Shown here piece after piece: positions 26,704 to 41,100 of a stretch of DNA of 64,000 bases. This stretch comes from Ptychomitrium polyphyllum. Lineage: Eukaryota. The notes below the pieces were generated by a model. It had not been told where the DNA came from and searched no databases. It worked only from the letters and a program-made list of their open reading frames with translations. Within the stretch, counting starts at the first letter, position 1. Every line of letters starts with the position of its first letter. Both the position numbers and the translations under genes were made by a program. The stretch spans positions 9,920,001 through 9,984,000 of the forward strand of contig OZ316776.1 of the NCBI GenBank assembly GCA_973851085.1. The letters run 5' to 3'.

Positions 26704-28891
26704 GGTTGCTAAGGCAGCAGCAAAGCATAGTCTCTCAACTTCTAAACCAATAAACTAGATGCTACCAAGCAAATAAAATCTGTGAGAAGCTAACAAGAGC
26801 GACATCAACGATAGTCTCCTGAACTAGTAGATGCAAACCATTATCGTCTTTCCCATATGATATATAAGTACTGCATAATGAGAGTTGGAGGCTAGGCCGC
26901 TTCAGGTGAGGGCAGGGGTGAGGGCACCCTAGTGCTGAGAAGGTTCCCAGCTCTGCAAACGAACTGGTTTGCTCAAGGATGGGTTACCTTGAGACCATGA
27001 GGTATTCTATGGAAGCCTCTGTGGAAGGAGGTGGGTAAGAGCTTCCACGAAAGGTGTCCGATATAGAGGCTCTGGAGTTGCAGTATTTCAGATGTTGTGT
27101 CTGTGACTTAGACAACTTCGTAGTCGTTGTCAAAAGCTGCCACCTATGTTTACTTTCCGCCCCCAACTCCTTGTAATGCTTCAAAATTCAAATGTATTTC
27201 CACGCCCCTGGAGTTGCAATAGCACTGTGCATAACGTTTTTCTTAGCAGTTCCATGTATTTTCATCTTTTGATACTTGAGATCTATATTTAGGCTGTTTG
27301 ATTGCCACATGACATCATAGAACAACAGGAAGAGAATCTGTGTAAAATTTTGTACACAGATGCTATTTTTCAATTCAAAGTTAACTCGACATTCTTTGTA
27401 CTCATGATGAGCCTAACAATCATCGATACTAATCTAAGAAAGACACTAAATTTCAATGAATCAATTCTTTTTCATCCAAAACCATATTTTAATAAAAATT
27501 ACCAAATTGAATTTTAAAATAAGTATAGTTGTTGTAGGAAAAATCTCACAACAATCTGCCATTGTTGTAAAATTTGGGAAGCATTTTAGTACAAAGAATT
27601 TGGTTTTGAATATCCATTTGTTTTGAAAAATTTGGACAATGTTTAACATTAAAGGATCATTTAAAATATATTGTTTTGTTTGAACAATGTTTTGCATTAC
27701 TAAAGTGTTTTAAAATGAGAAAAAACAACTTCTTAGTTGAAAGGGATTTAAGTGGAGTTGATTTAATAAAAGAATTTTAAATCCAAATTGCCAACAACCA
27801 AATTTAATAGTTATTTTTTAATATTTAAAGATTATGGTCTTTTAATCTATAAGGCTTTGCGACTTCAAATTTGGTTCAAATTTGGTGTTATAAAATCAAG
27901 GTTGTTACATCATTTACATTAAGTTTGCAATAAAATTGTAAGATTGAAGTTTTCATATATCATTTTTATTTACACTTATGATACTTCAAAACTATTTTAA
28001 AGAATTAATCACAATATGTAACATCCAATTATATAACAACCTTGATTTTACAACACATTTTTATGCAACACACTAATATGTTCAATCTATTTGGACGCCT
28101 TCAATGTTTAGACAGCTTAATTTAGACATACAATGAGCAGGTTTACTTCTAAATACTTCCCTACCTCTTAATGATCCACGCTTTCTTAAATAAGTTTTTC
28201 CATCCTGGCATGCAGTGCTTATTGTGGCAGTTCTAGATAATTAACTAATTTGTTGTTGAGCAACAAATACAGTATTATTTGTTAGTACTATTATAATTTC
28301 ATTCATACCACACTTCAGCTATTTCGCATGAACACCAATTACTCGTGTTAGTCAACCTGATTCTCTTGTGGAAATTGCAACTTTGGGCTTGCATCAAGCT
28401 CAGGTGTGATGATAAAATTCGTGTTCAACGTGGAGATTCCCAACCTGAGTCCGTTAAATACAAGAATCTTTTGTTGGGCACGACCTAGCTTCTCATCATC
28501 TATCCACACAACTATTCCAATCTCTTGCCTGGCTTGGTTCACCTCCACTACCTTCCACCACGCTGGAGAACCAGGCAGTAATAACTTTCCTACTGATGCT
28601 ACGACCTTTCAATGTATACAGTTTAATTATAACTACATTAAATTCCAACACCAAAATGCCAGAATCATAGGAAAACCATGATCTACCATGCTTCGAAATT
28701 CTCAGGGAAACAAATATCAATCTCTAGCTAGCAAAGATTATCTTCAAATGGAACATTTCCAGAAGCTTAAGGCTTCCAGGCTCCTCACAGCAATAACAAT
28801 GCACGATCTATCGATGGTGCCCTCCAAGACTATCCTGGATTTTCACTTTCAATAACGCTCTGCACCATTTGAAATAATGATGATTTCCGGC

Positions 28892-31800
28892 TCACCTAGG
28901 AGCCACATGCATCACAGTGCCACTCAGGAGCTCACTGGTGTCGGCTGAGCTGCGGTCATGGGCGCTGTAGGGGAAGCTTGTGGGGAGAGATGTTCTGCCA
29001 CTGGAAGTGGCCATGTCCATGGAGTACCCATGTGGGAAGATATCTGCATTCCTACGCCCCAGCTCCTCCAAGTCTCGCACCACCTCAGCCATAGTGGGTC
29101 TTGCCTCAGGCATATCGCTGCAGCAGCTTAGGGCCAATGTCATGAACGCCTCCAACGCCTCGGTTGGGTAGTGCGCTATGTGGGGGTCGATCATAGACAA
29201 GCTATGCCCCGCCAACGACCTTTGATGTGCCTGCTCATTTAAGGTTCCAGCCAATATCAGTGAACCAATTAATTCCTAGAGACACACCGTTTGCAGTGGT
29301 AATCAAGTCATCACTTGTGTCAAGAAAAAATCAAAAACAAAATCAAAATCCAACTCCCATAGAAAACCTTATTACCGACAACCGCAAAGAGAATATGCTG
29401 ACGTGGAGCATTTACCTCTCGAACAATATTCTTGCCTTTGGAGATGGCGTGCATGCCAGTAATGAGCTCCAGCATCACAACTCCGAAGCTGTAGACATCA
29501 CTCTTGTCGGTTAGTTTGTGAGTCAGAAAATATTCGGGATCCATGTAACCTGGCGTGCCTTTTACAACGGTGGAGACATGGCCAGGAGTGGCGCCCTCCA
29601 TGTCCGGCACGGGTGCCAAGCGTGACAGTCCGAAGTCTGCCACTTTGGCCACCTTCCTGTTGTCTAGCAATATGTTGCTGGCCTTAATGTCTCGATGGAA
29701 TATGGGCGGGTTGGCTTCTGTGTGTAAGTAGAGGATTCCTCTTGCTGAACCCAGTGCAATTCGCAAGCGAGTTGGGAAGTCCAATGGTATGCCTGATAGA
29801 GCTTTGCAATACAGGAAAAAAAAATCATTTTTAGAGCTAAATAAATGAACTCGTCTTTACAAAGCGTGATTATCTAAATCCAAGAGAAGATTTGTAGGAA
29901 AAATAACACTTACCAGACAAATGATCCCGGAGAGTACCACCTGGCATAAACTCATACACCAACATCTACATAATCACCAAAGGTGTTCGTTAGTCACTTC
30001 ATACACCTAAGACGGACCATGTTTAAAGACTATATTCCACAAAAATTGGATAGCAGAATATAAATTGGAACTAATGACAAGTTACCTACCTGCTCGCCCT
30101 CGTCGTCACAGTAGCCTTCGAGCATCACGAGGTTACGGTGATGGACTCGAGACAGGAGCTCGATCTCGGTGTAAAACTCATGGGCGCCTTGGAGTGATCC
30201 CTGTTCAGCGCGCTTAATAGCCACTTTCTTTTTACCATCGTAGATGTTGCCCAAGTACACCTTGCCATAGCCACCTTGGCCAATCTGTTTCTCATCACTG
30301 AAGTTATCTGTTGCCTGTGCCAGCTCCTCAAACGTGAAAGCTTTGACACCAGTCACTTTCAAAGCTGGGTTCCTCTTTGCTCTATTCACTGTGCCACAAA
30401 CATGAAGTTTACAACAAAATGAACAAAACAGGTAGACTTATTCTTGCCAGCCTGCATAATCAAAGATGATCAGTTTTTTTGTTGACAAGAGAATAAAGAA
30501 GGTCAAAAAACTTACAGCGGTCAATCTGGGCTCGGAGGGCAGGTGGAAGGTTTTCACGACGTCGATAGAACATGAACAATATCAAGGCCGTGACTGCCAT
30601 TGCCAAGACAGCAGCTCCAATGACGATGCCAGCAATCGCTCCTTTGGACAAACCGCCCTTTGGTATCTCATATACTGTAAAATACACCAATCAAACCTTG
30701 ATGATTAAACTGAATAGCTCGGATCAACAAGCATTTCGAATGCCAAGAATGTAATCCAAGCTAACCCTGGTATCACGTGATGCAAATGAGAAACTGGAGT
30801 TTGTTAAAGCGAATGCCAGGAGAAACACACTACACTAGTGCAATACATACATAAATTTACATCTTTACAAGATTTTGATTTGTAAACTTCTTTGATAACG
30901 AACTTGGATCAATCCAGCATACAATAAACGAGTAAAATTGACGGTTGAACTTCATACTTCTGGTGAGGTGTGGTTATACTCCAGTTTCAAGACATGAGGT
31001 TTTGAAACACCCATTTCAACATATTCTGACCTTAAAAACAAGTATAGAACAACAAAACATGACTACCTGAAAGACTTCGGGGATCAAACGAAATAAGCTC
31101 GTAGGGTCCAAATATGGGACTGTCTGGAATCTTCCAAGCCGAGAAGGTGAAGTACAGCCTGTCGAACTCCGACTGGTTAAAGGTGTTATTGCCAACTGGA
31201 TAGAGCCGAATGGTCATGGCCAGCCGAGGCCCAATTTGCCACATGTAATCTTGCAGCACCACTTGGTGTTGGTTTAGATTCAATCCACCTGAGAGGTAGG
31301 ATAAAAACTCCTGGTTGTATAGGTCAAAGACTGAAAAGCCCGGACTCTTGAGTCGATAGCGAACAGTGATGTATCTGCAAGTTGTGCATGTGTTTGGGGG
31401 AATCTCCACTGGCACACTGTCGTCATAAGGATATGCAAAAATGTCGAAATTGGGGATGCAGACTGGGTTCTGGCCTGTATTAAATTTGCAAATCGCTGGA
31501 TTTCCCGAGAATCTAATGGAATCGAAATATGTATTTAGCAACATACTCAATATAATAAACTACCAGACTAGTTCAATTGAACTGTACAGATATAATCTCT
31601 CTGCCTCGATGTAGCAGTCACTTTCAACCAAAAAGAACAAAATGATAATGAATTCAAAAACTTAATCATATGCGATGCAAACCATAAAAGTGCCACTATG
31701 TATAGATGAATCTTTTGATCACATACCGAACATGAGTCGTGGAATTGCTTTCTAAAGCCGCCAAGGATTCATTGAAGGATGCGAGCTGGTTGTTTTGGAG

Positions 31801-34587
31801 GTCTCTGCACATAATGCAGATATCACGCTTGACCACATGACTACGTCAAAGTACAAGTATCAACCTGCTAATAAAAAGATGATCAGAAGTAAAGCATTGA
31901 TGCAGTCAATGGCAGTCGTCGATTCTTACATGAGTTTAATTGCTCCCGATCGATCATGGAAGGTTTTTCCTGTTCCCAAATTTGATGGAACAACACCACT
32001 GAGTTGGTTGTCCCTTAACAACCTGTTAACGTTGTGTAAGATCAGTTAGCACTCATTGGCACTATTGCCAAGTCGTCTCCACTTCCTGTTTCTAACCTGA
32101 CGGAGCGACTTTTAAACAAGAAAATCTTAAAAAGGAATTTCTAAAAGTGGCCTCTGGATCGATATATGCCATTTTCGTCACATACAATGACAATAAAAAC
32201 TTACAAAATCGACAGATTCTGCAGGTTCCCAATCGAATCAGGAATTTGGCCAGTCAGCTGATTGTTCGACAGATCTCTGCATGGATTCATCATTTGAGTG
32301 TTACACATGTGGTGTATGTAAGAAAACATTTCATTCTTACTGGTAACTGACCTCTCAAACTACTTCTCAAACTCTAATGCGATGCAAGGTTTTGTGCATT
32401 CATAGAAAATGGAGAGTTGAGGTGACATACAAGGATGTGAGATTGGCAGGGAATGCAGATGAATTAGGAATAGTGCCTTTGAGATTGTTGTGACTCAAGT
32501 CCAACACTTCCAATTGTGTGAGGCCGCCGAAATCTGGAATGTTCCCCGTCAACCCACAGTTCCGCAAACTCCTGCAAAAAAGAAAAGTTTGATCTCCATC
32601 CGAATCGCCATCTTTTTTCAATGCGAGATCCGGAAATGCATATAGTTTGCGACTTGGAAAACTAGAAATGCAGAGGATGGTGAACCCAAAAACACAAGAA
32701 AAGAAAAAGTCATGTAATCAAGTCAAGCTTGGAAGTGTTTGAGGCGGTTTTTGAGTATTTGATCGAGAGAAAACTTACAATTTCAATAGTGTGGACCTGT
32801 TGCCCCATGACGCGGGAATTGTGGCATCGCTTGAGAACTTGTTGTTATCAAGCTGGCTGCAATCAATATTCACAACGCTCTTCTAAATTCAACTGAAGAA
32901 GCTTCAAAAAAGGTTTCCACCAAAAAACCACTTGCACTTCTTAATCACCACAGCTTCTAGAGTTCGGAGTGAGGAAATATATCCAACATAAACGTGACGT
33001 TGCAAGCGTTGTTAGACCAGAGGATTCCTTGATTTGAAAGGAGATCCAATTCTCAAGATTTCAGTACTCAAGCATGTATGAACCCTAAACGAACAAGGCT
33101 CCAGGATACTTACATGATGAGAAGGTTAGGCGCGTTGGCAATTTCAGGTGGCAAATATCCAGTTAGGTTATTGTTGTCCATTAATCTGCGAAAATGTACA
33201 CATTTGGAATTAGTACAGAGTCTGGACACAAAAATTCACGCAAAACAATTCAAAAAGTACTAAGCGTGTGGCTTTTCCAAGTGAGTCTTGTGCAAGCTAG
33301 TCTTACATGTGGACCAGGTTTGGGAGCGTGCCCAGCTCTTTTGGAAGGCTGCCGTTCAAGGTGTTGTTGTTCATATGCCTGTATTCATGTGTTCAACCAA
33401 CAAAATACAAACTTCGTTAGTCGTCTTCCGAAAAACACTCAGAGTTGAAACTTAGCATGAAGTGTCAGCAGGATTTAATGGAAGTTAAAGGATTTTGCAG
33501 AGAATTAAACTGCAGGAGCTTTTATAGTTTCTTGAGATAATTACAAATGTCGGATTGCTGTCAAGCCTTGAAACTCCGTTGGAATAGGCCCTGAGATTTG
33601 GTTTTCGTCGATTTGGATTCTGTTCAGCCCTGACAAGTTGCCGAGCTCGGGAGGCAGGATGCCAGTGAAGCGGTTTCCATTCAGCAACCTGGTAGATCAA
33701 AATGCAAACACTAGTAAAATGGAACAATTTCAATCATCATAAAATCAATGAAGAGTTAACAGGAAGTAGAAGTCTTGCAGAAACTGAAAAACAAGTGTAC
33801 TCAAGAAAAGATTCGAAGTCTTCTTACAAGAGATACAAGTTCGTCAGTTTCCCGAAAGAAGACGGAATGCTCCCTGTCATACGGTTCCACATCACGTCCC
33901 TGAAAAGAGATGAAAGAAAATAACTATTAACAAGCATTTACGACCACAACCAAAAAAGAGCTTAATATGAAAGAGAAGAGACAGACTACTCAGGTTTCAT
34001 GTTTAAGAAAATTTCAATGTGTACTCACAGATACACAAGTTTGGTGAGGTTGCCAAGTTCTGCTGCAAGTGCACCCCCAAGGTTGAGTTGAAAAAGACGT
34101 CTTCAAAACACAAACACACACAACTTCAAGTCTTCAACACCATTCAGCAACCTCATGCATGTTACATTACTCAAATAAAAGAGTGACAATTCAAGAAAAA
34201 GGATTGTTGCCCTTGCAAAGCTGACTCACAATTCCTGGACAAATGTGACATTGCCGAGTCCCTGAGGTTCAGTGCAAATCACTCCCCTCCACGAATTTTC
34301 GCAAGGGTTGGTCCCCCTCCAGCTCCTCAAGTTGCCACTCGGGTCTTTCAAAGTCTTGTAGAATGCTTGAAGCGCCAGAGCTGCAGTTCCACAAACGCTC
34401 ACCAATTCTTAGCCTGATCTGGAGGAGACTTACAGGAAAGCAAAAACATTAGCTTTTCTAGAATTGAAAGTGGCTTCAGAACGTGGCTTAACTTACTATC
34501 AATTGGGTTTGTGACAGCGGCGGTAAGGGAAAGCAACGGAAACAGCAACGCCGCGATCAAAACGGCATATCTCCTAAACCCCACCAT
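28892..34587 (-). CDS. LRR receptor-like Ser/Thr kinase (LRR-VIII-1 / At1g06840-like), ~938 aa, 18 exons: 34587-34497, 34380-34230, 34100-34029, 33899-33828, 33688-33545, 33378-33307, 33185-33114, 32856-32779, 32571-32431, 32276-32205, 32022-31930, 31804-31727, 31512-31067, 30674-30516, 30388-30090, 29965-29914, 29801-29416, 29230-28892
   Basis: Signal peptide [29 protein letters not shown] ([16 protein letters not shown]); 72/144-nt LRR exons; juxtamembrane YRLKSPGFS...GPRL...IFGPYEL typical of LRR-VIII-1; TM segment [25 protein letters not shown]; kinase with [19 protein letters not shown]. Exons sum to 2817 nt, a multiple of 3. Confidence 0.95.
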
Positions 34588-35584
34588 AGCGCCAACCCTC
34601 CCCTTTCCTGAGAGATAGACTGTTGACCACTAAGTTACTATCGCCATTAAGTGACTGCAGATCTTAACGTCGGCTGTGCAGCACTCCGCGAACTTGGAAA
34701 TCTAATTTCTGAAAGGCAAACTAAAAGACCATCGACGCGGCGCTTTGAGTGCTCAGTGCTGCAGGGATATTCGCTCACATAAGGTACATGTATGCGCTCT
34801 ACTGATTCATGGTCGCCTCACTAGTACTACGACTTCTGGAACCCCTCACGATTAAATTATCCTTACACCGCCAAAAACTTAATTAGTTAGCAAGCCGCAC
34901 TAACACAATTGGATCAAAATGACCTCACACACGCGCACATACACAAAATCGAAACTCTAACCAAGCCCAGCTCCGTTGGAGTCATGCACAACGTGACGAA
35001 CCTCATAACTGAAAACCTCTACAGAACGAACAATTCTTCTAGACAGGCGAGACAAGCAAGACCAGGTCGATTTTGACGACGACCTAGTCTGACTCGCTCC
35101 TTCGAAAGATCAACCACAACTAGACGACAATCAACTCGTGCACCAACGACAAGATGATCTATGAATTCAGAATCGTCGATGTCCAGTACTACTTCGAAGG
35201 GACTTTCAATCATACTTCGGCGCTTGAATTACTACTCCTACGTATACTCCCTAGTTGCAGTTTGGATATACAGAGCTCCAGCCACACTAAATTACGGCTA
35301 AGTCCGGCGACTGATATTTGCTCGGTCAAGATCGCGTTAGCCACATAAATGATGAAGAAATTTCTAACGCAGAAAATAAAGAAGTGTTCATCTAGACAAG
35401 TTCTAGATTTTTCAATCGCGATAAATTGATCCGAGGCGCGATTGGGCCGCAGTCGTCGCAGTTTCAACGCAAGAGGTGATGGCCGACCCACTGCCCACTC
35501 CTTGCATGGCCTACCTGCAATTTTAAAGTTCGGACAGTAAAACCGGGGCAGCTTTTACCTATACTAACATTTCTTAATGATTTC

Positions 35585-35866
35585 CACGTGTCACATTTCT
35601 AATGGGTTTGACCTCTGGAACATGGTTTGCAATAAAAATCCTTAATTGTTTAATACTGAGGAAGGCCAACCACGTGCACGAGGTGGACCGTGTAGCGGCC
35701 ACTCACAGTATCCTTCATCTACGGTGATTTATTATTACCAGCATTATTCGTAACTTACAAGCAGGTAGAAAGGTACATTCCCTGATGTTGTAGTGTAACA
35801 TTAGAATTTTATCACATCCCCTACTGTACGTATATTCACATAGCATCATTCTCACGACGCCACGTG
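35585..35866. promoter_or_regulatory. Cluster of three G-box (CACGTG) motifs upstream of the LRR-RLK
   Basis: CACGTG at 35585, 35671 and 35861, 1.0-1.3 kb upstream of the ATG. The first is CACGTGTC, which is ABRE-like. Confidence 0.4.
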
Positions 35867-37644
35867 TAGGAAAGAGGTAAATTTTTAGAGTTGATTAGTC
35901 AAGTTTTCTTCATTAACAAGCCTTCCCTAAACAAGAAATGAAAAGCTAAGCAAACCTATAACAACAATTCTAACAAATGTGACTTATTTAAAATAGTGTA
36001 TAACGTTTATATTATTTTTAGTAGATAAATGCTAAGATACAAAAATCAATGCAAGTTGGATTAAACTTTTCCAATTTAAAGTGAAATAGTTATGATTTTG
36101 TAAAGATATTTTTATAAAAGACATTATACGAATAGTAGATTAATCAATTAACCATTCTAATTTTAACTAATGAACAACACTTCATGAATGTACAATTCCT
36201 AAAATTTTATTCAAAATCCATTATGGATCAAGCCTATGTCCATCACATAATTTGCTTCAAAAGCTAACTATAAAATTCATCATTCTTTTTATTAATACTA
36301 CTTTGGAAGTCTATTGCATCCAATTTCAACTCCATTTCCACTTTATAATTCTTAATGTAATACTAAGATATATAAAATAATTAAATTTAATATATTTAAA
36401 TTATGTCTTATTAATGTTAAATAATTTTATTGTAATATTGCAATGAATATCATTTGGAAATACATTACATAAAAGCCAATATATATTGTGGTATTAGATT
36501 CTTCAATTTTTCAACAATTTGCAACAGAAGAATAAATGAAGTGATTTAAATGTTTTTTAATGGCGAAGTGAAGGGAGCTAATTTATGTAGTGAATTAAGA
36601 AGTTCCTAAAAAATTTCAATTCTCATAAAACTTCAAATCAATATGTTATACTTTTCATATTCAACCTATATGTTTCTATGTTGTATATATGAGCTAGAAT
36701 TTTCTTCAATACAAGTCTTAACAAATGAATAGAGGCTGGATAGTATATAGGAATTTGTCAGTATCATTTTATAGTCATGGAAGGATGTATCTTTAGGAAT
36801 GATTAAGGTTCTTATTGCTAACATGAGTTTCCATATGAAGGCCATATTTATTGCTAGCAATAATGGCATTAGATGGTAGATAGTGAGTTAAACGGTCCTA
36901 TTGTTGTTTGATTTTAAAACTTCATTGTAACAACTTGTGATGCCATTAAAGTAGACTCAATTACCTTTCCAATGCACATTATGATTTATGATTTGGACCA
37001 TTTCAGAGCCCTTGATAGCAAGGAAAATGTTCTTACAATGTCATGAAAGAGTACAAAAGCAGCCTTGCATATTGAGGAGATACGAAGCTTCTAGGACATT
37101 GTGAGGAGGGCATCATGTTCTTCAATCCATGGTTCCAGGATACTGAAGGCATTACACAGAATGCACGTGGAGACCAGCATAGAACCCACTGCTGTCGACA
37201 TTGGAGAAATTTCTGTGTTTGCATTTGAGTCTGGGCAGTAGTCAAATGCTTAGTAAAGAAAGTGATGAAAGTGATGGGAAAGGTGTGGAAATTGCACAAG
37301 TAGCTCGTGTATGGCTGTAACAGGACTGTTAGTCACCCTAGAATAATGTGCTCACCGTGGGATAAGGTGGTAAGTATAAACATTTTCAATTTTGACTATT
37401 TTCAAACTTATTCATATGGTGATTAAATGACATGTTAAATTCTGTTGAATTTTTCTTCAAGGATATGAATCAATAAAGAGATTTTTGCTTATGAGTATTA
37501 ATTAGGTTTGATTGTGTTGAAGCCATGGTTATGGGTGTGGCTACTAAAGGGTGATCATTTCAAGTGCTAAAGAATGTTAAGGACATTTATGAAATACATG
37601 CATCACTAAATAGTGCTAAAAAATAAATTTAAGGCAACAATTTG

Positions 37645-38121
37645 AATTAGAGAAACAAGAAACAAGAAGTGGAACCCAAGTGTTTCACAAGAATTAACTT
37701 CCAAAGAACTAATGATTAACAAAAATTGATATAAAGACTAAAACAAGGCAGAATATAATATGATTCACATCTTGTATTGGTAAGACTAAGAAATACTTTA
37801 TCTTGCTCCCAATTTATACTATGACGCTTGTATCTCCTAAAATACTTCTAAAGAAGCTTCCTACAAGGCTTAAGAATGTTTTAAAGATCTATAGAACCTT
37901 TCCAAAAAGTTTCCCAACATGGTGGAAACTTCCTAAGAAGCTTTGACCAAGTTAAAATCTTCCTTGGAAGTTTCCTAAAGTGATACAACCTTCCTATAGA
38001 GTCTTCAAAAGAGCTGGGAACGGCTATGGAAAATTAAAAAGTAATTTAAGAAGCTACTATAATATACCAAAAGGTTTTAGAAGCTTTTAAAGACTATGTT
38101 GCATGATCTATGTCTGTAACA
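37645..38121 (-). repeat. 3' LTR of the chromovirus
   Basis: Direct repeat of 43530-44005. The outer end is eroded; the inner end is TGTCTGTAACA. Confidence 0.9.
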
Positions 38122-41100
38122 TCACCTCCTCCTCTAGCAAAAAGTTCCAAGAGGAGCTCTTCTTGTGGCTTGCTCGTTACATTTCCACAAATTATAAAAC
38201 TTGTCAAAGAAGAGAAGCAACATATTCCGCTCGTTGTTCTTTGCCCACTGGTTTGATTTATCCTTGCAAGAAGCGCCGATGCCCATAAGCTAAGACTTTT
38301 GTTGTTGAAATGTTCAAGCCCAAGATTTGATCTTGAATAAGCCCTTTAAAACATCCTCCAAATAGGATCTCAAGTCCTTTAAGAATGACTCTTCTAATTT
38401 CTAACAAGATGACTAGAGCATAAGCATCTGAATCAAGAGTAGAACGTGAAGGGCAACTAGCCAATACTTTTGCACCAGGTCGCACTCGACGTTGGAATGT
38501 CTCTCTCATATTTTGGCTAAAATCCTCTAATATTGAAGGTTGACAAAGTTGAATTAATTCAATAGGTGTTGCTACTGAAGAAGGCACGACCAATTGCTTT
38601 TCACGCATATCCATAATAACACGAAGATTTTACATACTAGCTAGGATTTGAAGATGATTTATCTAAGAAACAATGCTGCATACAATTAGAGGTTTTGGTA
38701 TCTCTCCTCTTGTCTTATACTTATATATGAAAAAATCTTCTTTGTGAAGCTAACGTCTACTAATAATACGTCATTTCTAACCTCATTTTTGAAGATATCT
38801 TTGATGAAATTTGTATATTTTCTCATAGGCATTTGTTACGTTCATCAAAAGTTCCCATGTTTGGTCATTGATGCAGTATCCTTGCCAATGTACAAGGTAC
38901 TCCACATGCCCATTCTTGATGTATGAATGTAAAACCTCTTTGACTTCATACTCCATTTTATTATTGATTTCCACCAAAGGAGGTGGATGAACAACCTATT
39001 TCAGTATATTTGAATTGTTGTAGATTTCCAACAAAAACTTGTAGAATACTGGATGAAACTGTATGGTTGGTAGTTTTTTTAAGGCGATAATTGATCACAT
39101 TTATTTGTTTGCTTATCTCAAATGGTTCCAACCTTTAATATATCAACTTTTTGACGATTTTTTTTTTTGTATGTTTTGTCGTAGGAACCATACGCTATCT
39201 CCAACCTTGAATTCTGAATGGTCCTTCCAATGACGATCTACATAAGTTTTGTATCGATTTTGAGCTTATTGTAATTAGAAAACAAATTCTTGATGAATTT
39301 TATTAAATTGAGTTACAAAATATACTGCTATAGGACTTTCAACATGCTTCACTTGAAATGAATTTGCTCAAGGATGATGACCATAGTTTGCAAAGAATGG
39401 ACTCTGAATTGTTGAAAAATGCATCGTATTGTTATAAGCAAACTTTATCAAAGATAAGAGGTCCATCTAGTACTTTTGTTGGTAGTTTATGCTGCAACAA
39501 AGGTATTATTTCAAAACTTCATTCACACGTTCGGTTTGACCATCAATCTATGGATGGTGTGCTAAAAGAAATGTTGATCTTTACGTGGAATAGCTAGAAT
39601 AGAGCCTTCCAAAAGATGCAAATGAATTGCGGCACTTGATTGGATACAATATCATTTGATAGTTCATGTATGCGATAGACGTCAATTAGGAACAACTTGG
39701 CGATTTCTTCTCTTGTTACCGTCTTATTGCCGTCTCATTGCATGGAATGAAATGTGCCAATTTGGTAAACTAAACCACCACTACTAGGATAGAATTCTTA
39801 TAATTGGAGTTTAGAAGGTCCGTAATAAAGTCCATGGACAATTACAACCATAGACCTTTTGACACTAGAAATGGATGGAGGAGACTATGAGGTTAGTATC
39901 TTGATACCTTGGCTCTTGCGCAAGCGTCACATGATTGAATAAAGTCCTTTACGTATTTTCACATTTGCAGCGATGAATAGTCTCTAGCAATCAACTCCAT
40001 TGTTTTATTGAATCCAAAATGCCTTATTGCTGGAAAATCATGGCGTGCTTGAAGGATCTTCAATTGCATAGGATCTAGAGGTAGATACAAAAGTCCTTTA
40101 TAATAAAGTAGGCCCTATTGGAATTCAAAGTCATCATTGTTATTTGAAGGGTTTCTACATAATTTGAAGCCCCTCCTCATATTTAAAACAAAGATAATAT
40201 TCTTCAAAGCCTTCTAAATTTTGTTGAAATGGGATGTTGTGGTAGTAATCACTACTTTCAATTGAAGATTTTGTGGCTTCATTAAAACGGTTCTTAATTG
40301 ATTCAAAACATCATCCATAGCTTGAAGAGCTAAACAAGATCTTTGAGCTAATGCATTGCTTACCTTGTAGGCTACTAGATCAATAGGTAATGACAAAGTC
40401 AAATCTGGAAAGCAACATACTCCACTTTGTTTGACGGCAATTCAAAACGCACGCACTCATGAAATATTCTAAGTTCTTGTGGTCTGTATATATCGTGATG
40501 ATATGTTCAGCTTCTTCCAACAAGTGTTGTCATTCCTCAAACGCATCCACAATTGCAAGTAATTCTTTATCATGTATATCATAATTGATCTCTACCACTG
40601 ATAACTTCTTTGAACAAAAAACAATAGGGTGGAGTCTCCCGTCTTCATCATATTGAAAGAATACTAAGCCAAGTTCATAATTTGAGGCATTCCTTTCCAA
40701 GTAGAAAGGCTTTGACGGATTTGGATGAATAAAAATTAGAGCCGACATGAACAACTTCTTAAAACCTTAAAATGCTCTTTCCGCCTCTTCATTCCAGGTG
40801 AATTTTTGCATCCCTATAAGTCGTATCAATGGTGCCACAATCTTGGAATAGTTCTTAATGAGTATCCATTAGAAGTTTGCAAATCTCAAGAAGCATTGAA
40901 TATCTCAAAGTGATCTTGGCGTACTCCACTCTATAACAATGCTTATCTATATGGATGACTCTTTTAGAGATGATGTAGCCTAAAAATTTAAGCAAAGATT
41001 CATGGAAAATGCAACTTTCCATTTGGCATATAATTCTCATTAGCATATTTTATCTAAGACTAGCCGCACATAACATTCATTGTCTTGTTCATCTTTTGAA

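Noticed and set aside
38258..38614. 118-aa ORF between the chromodomain and the 3' LTR as an env-like gene
   Set aside because: No signal peptide, transmembrane segment or recognisable motif, and it lies in a decayed element.
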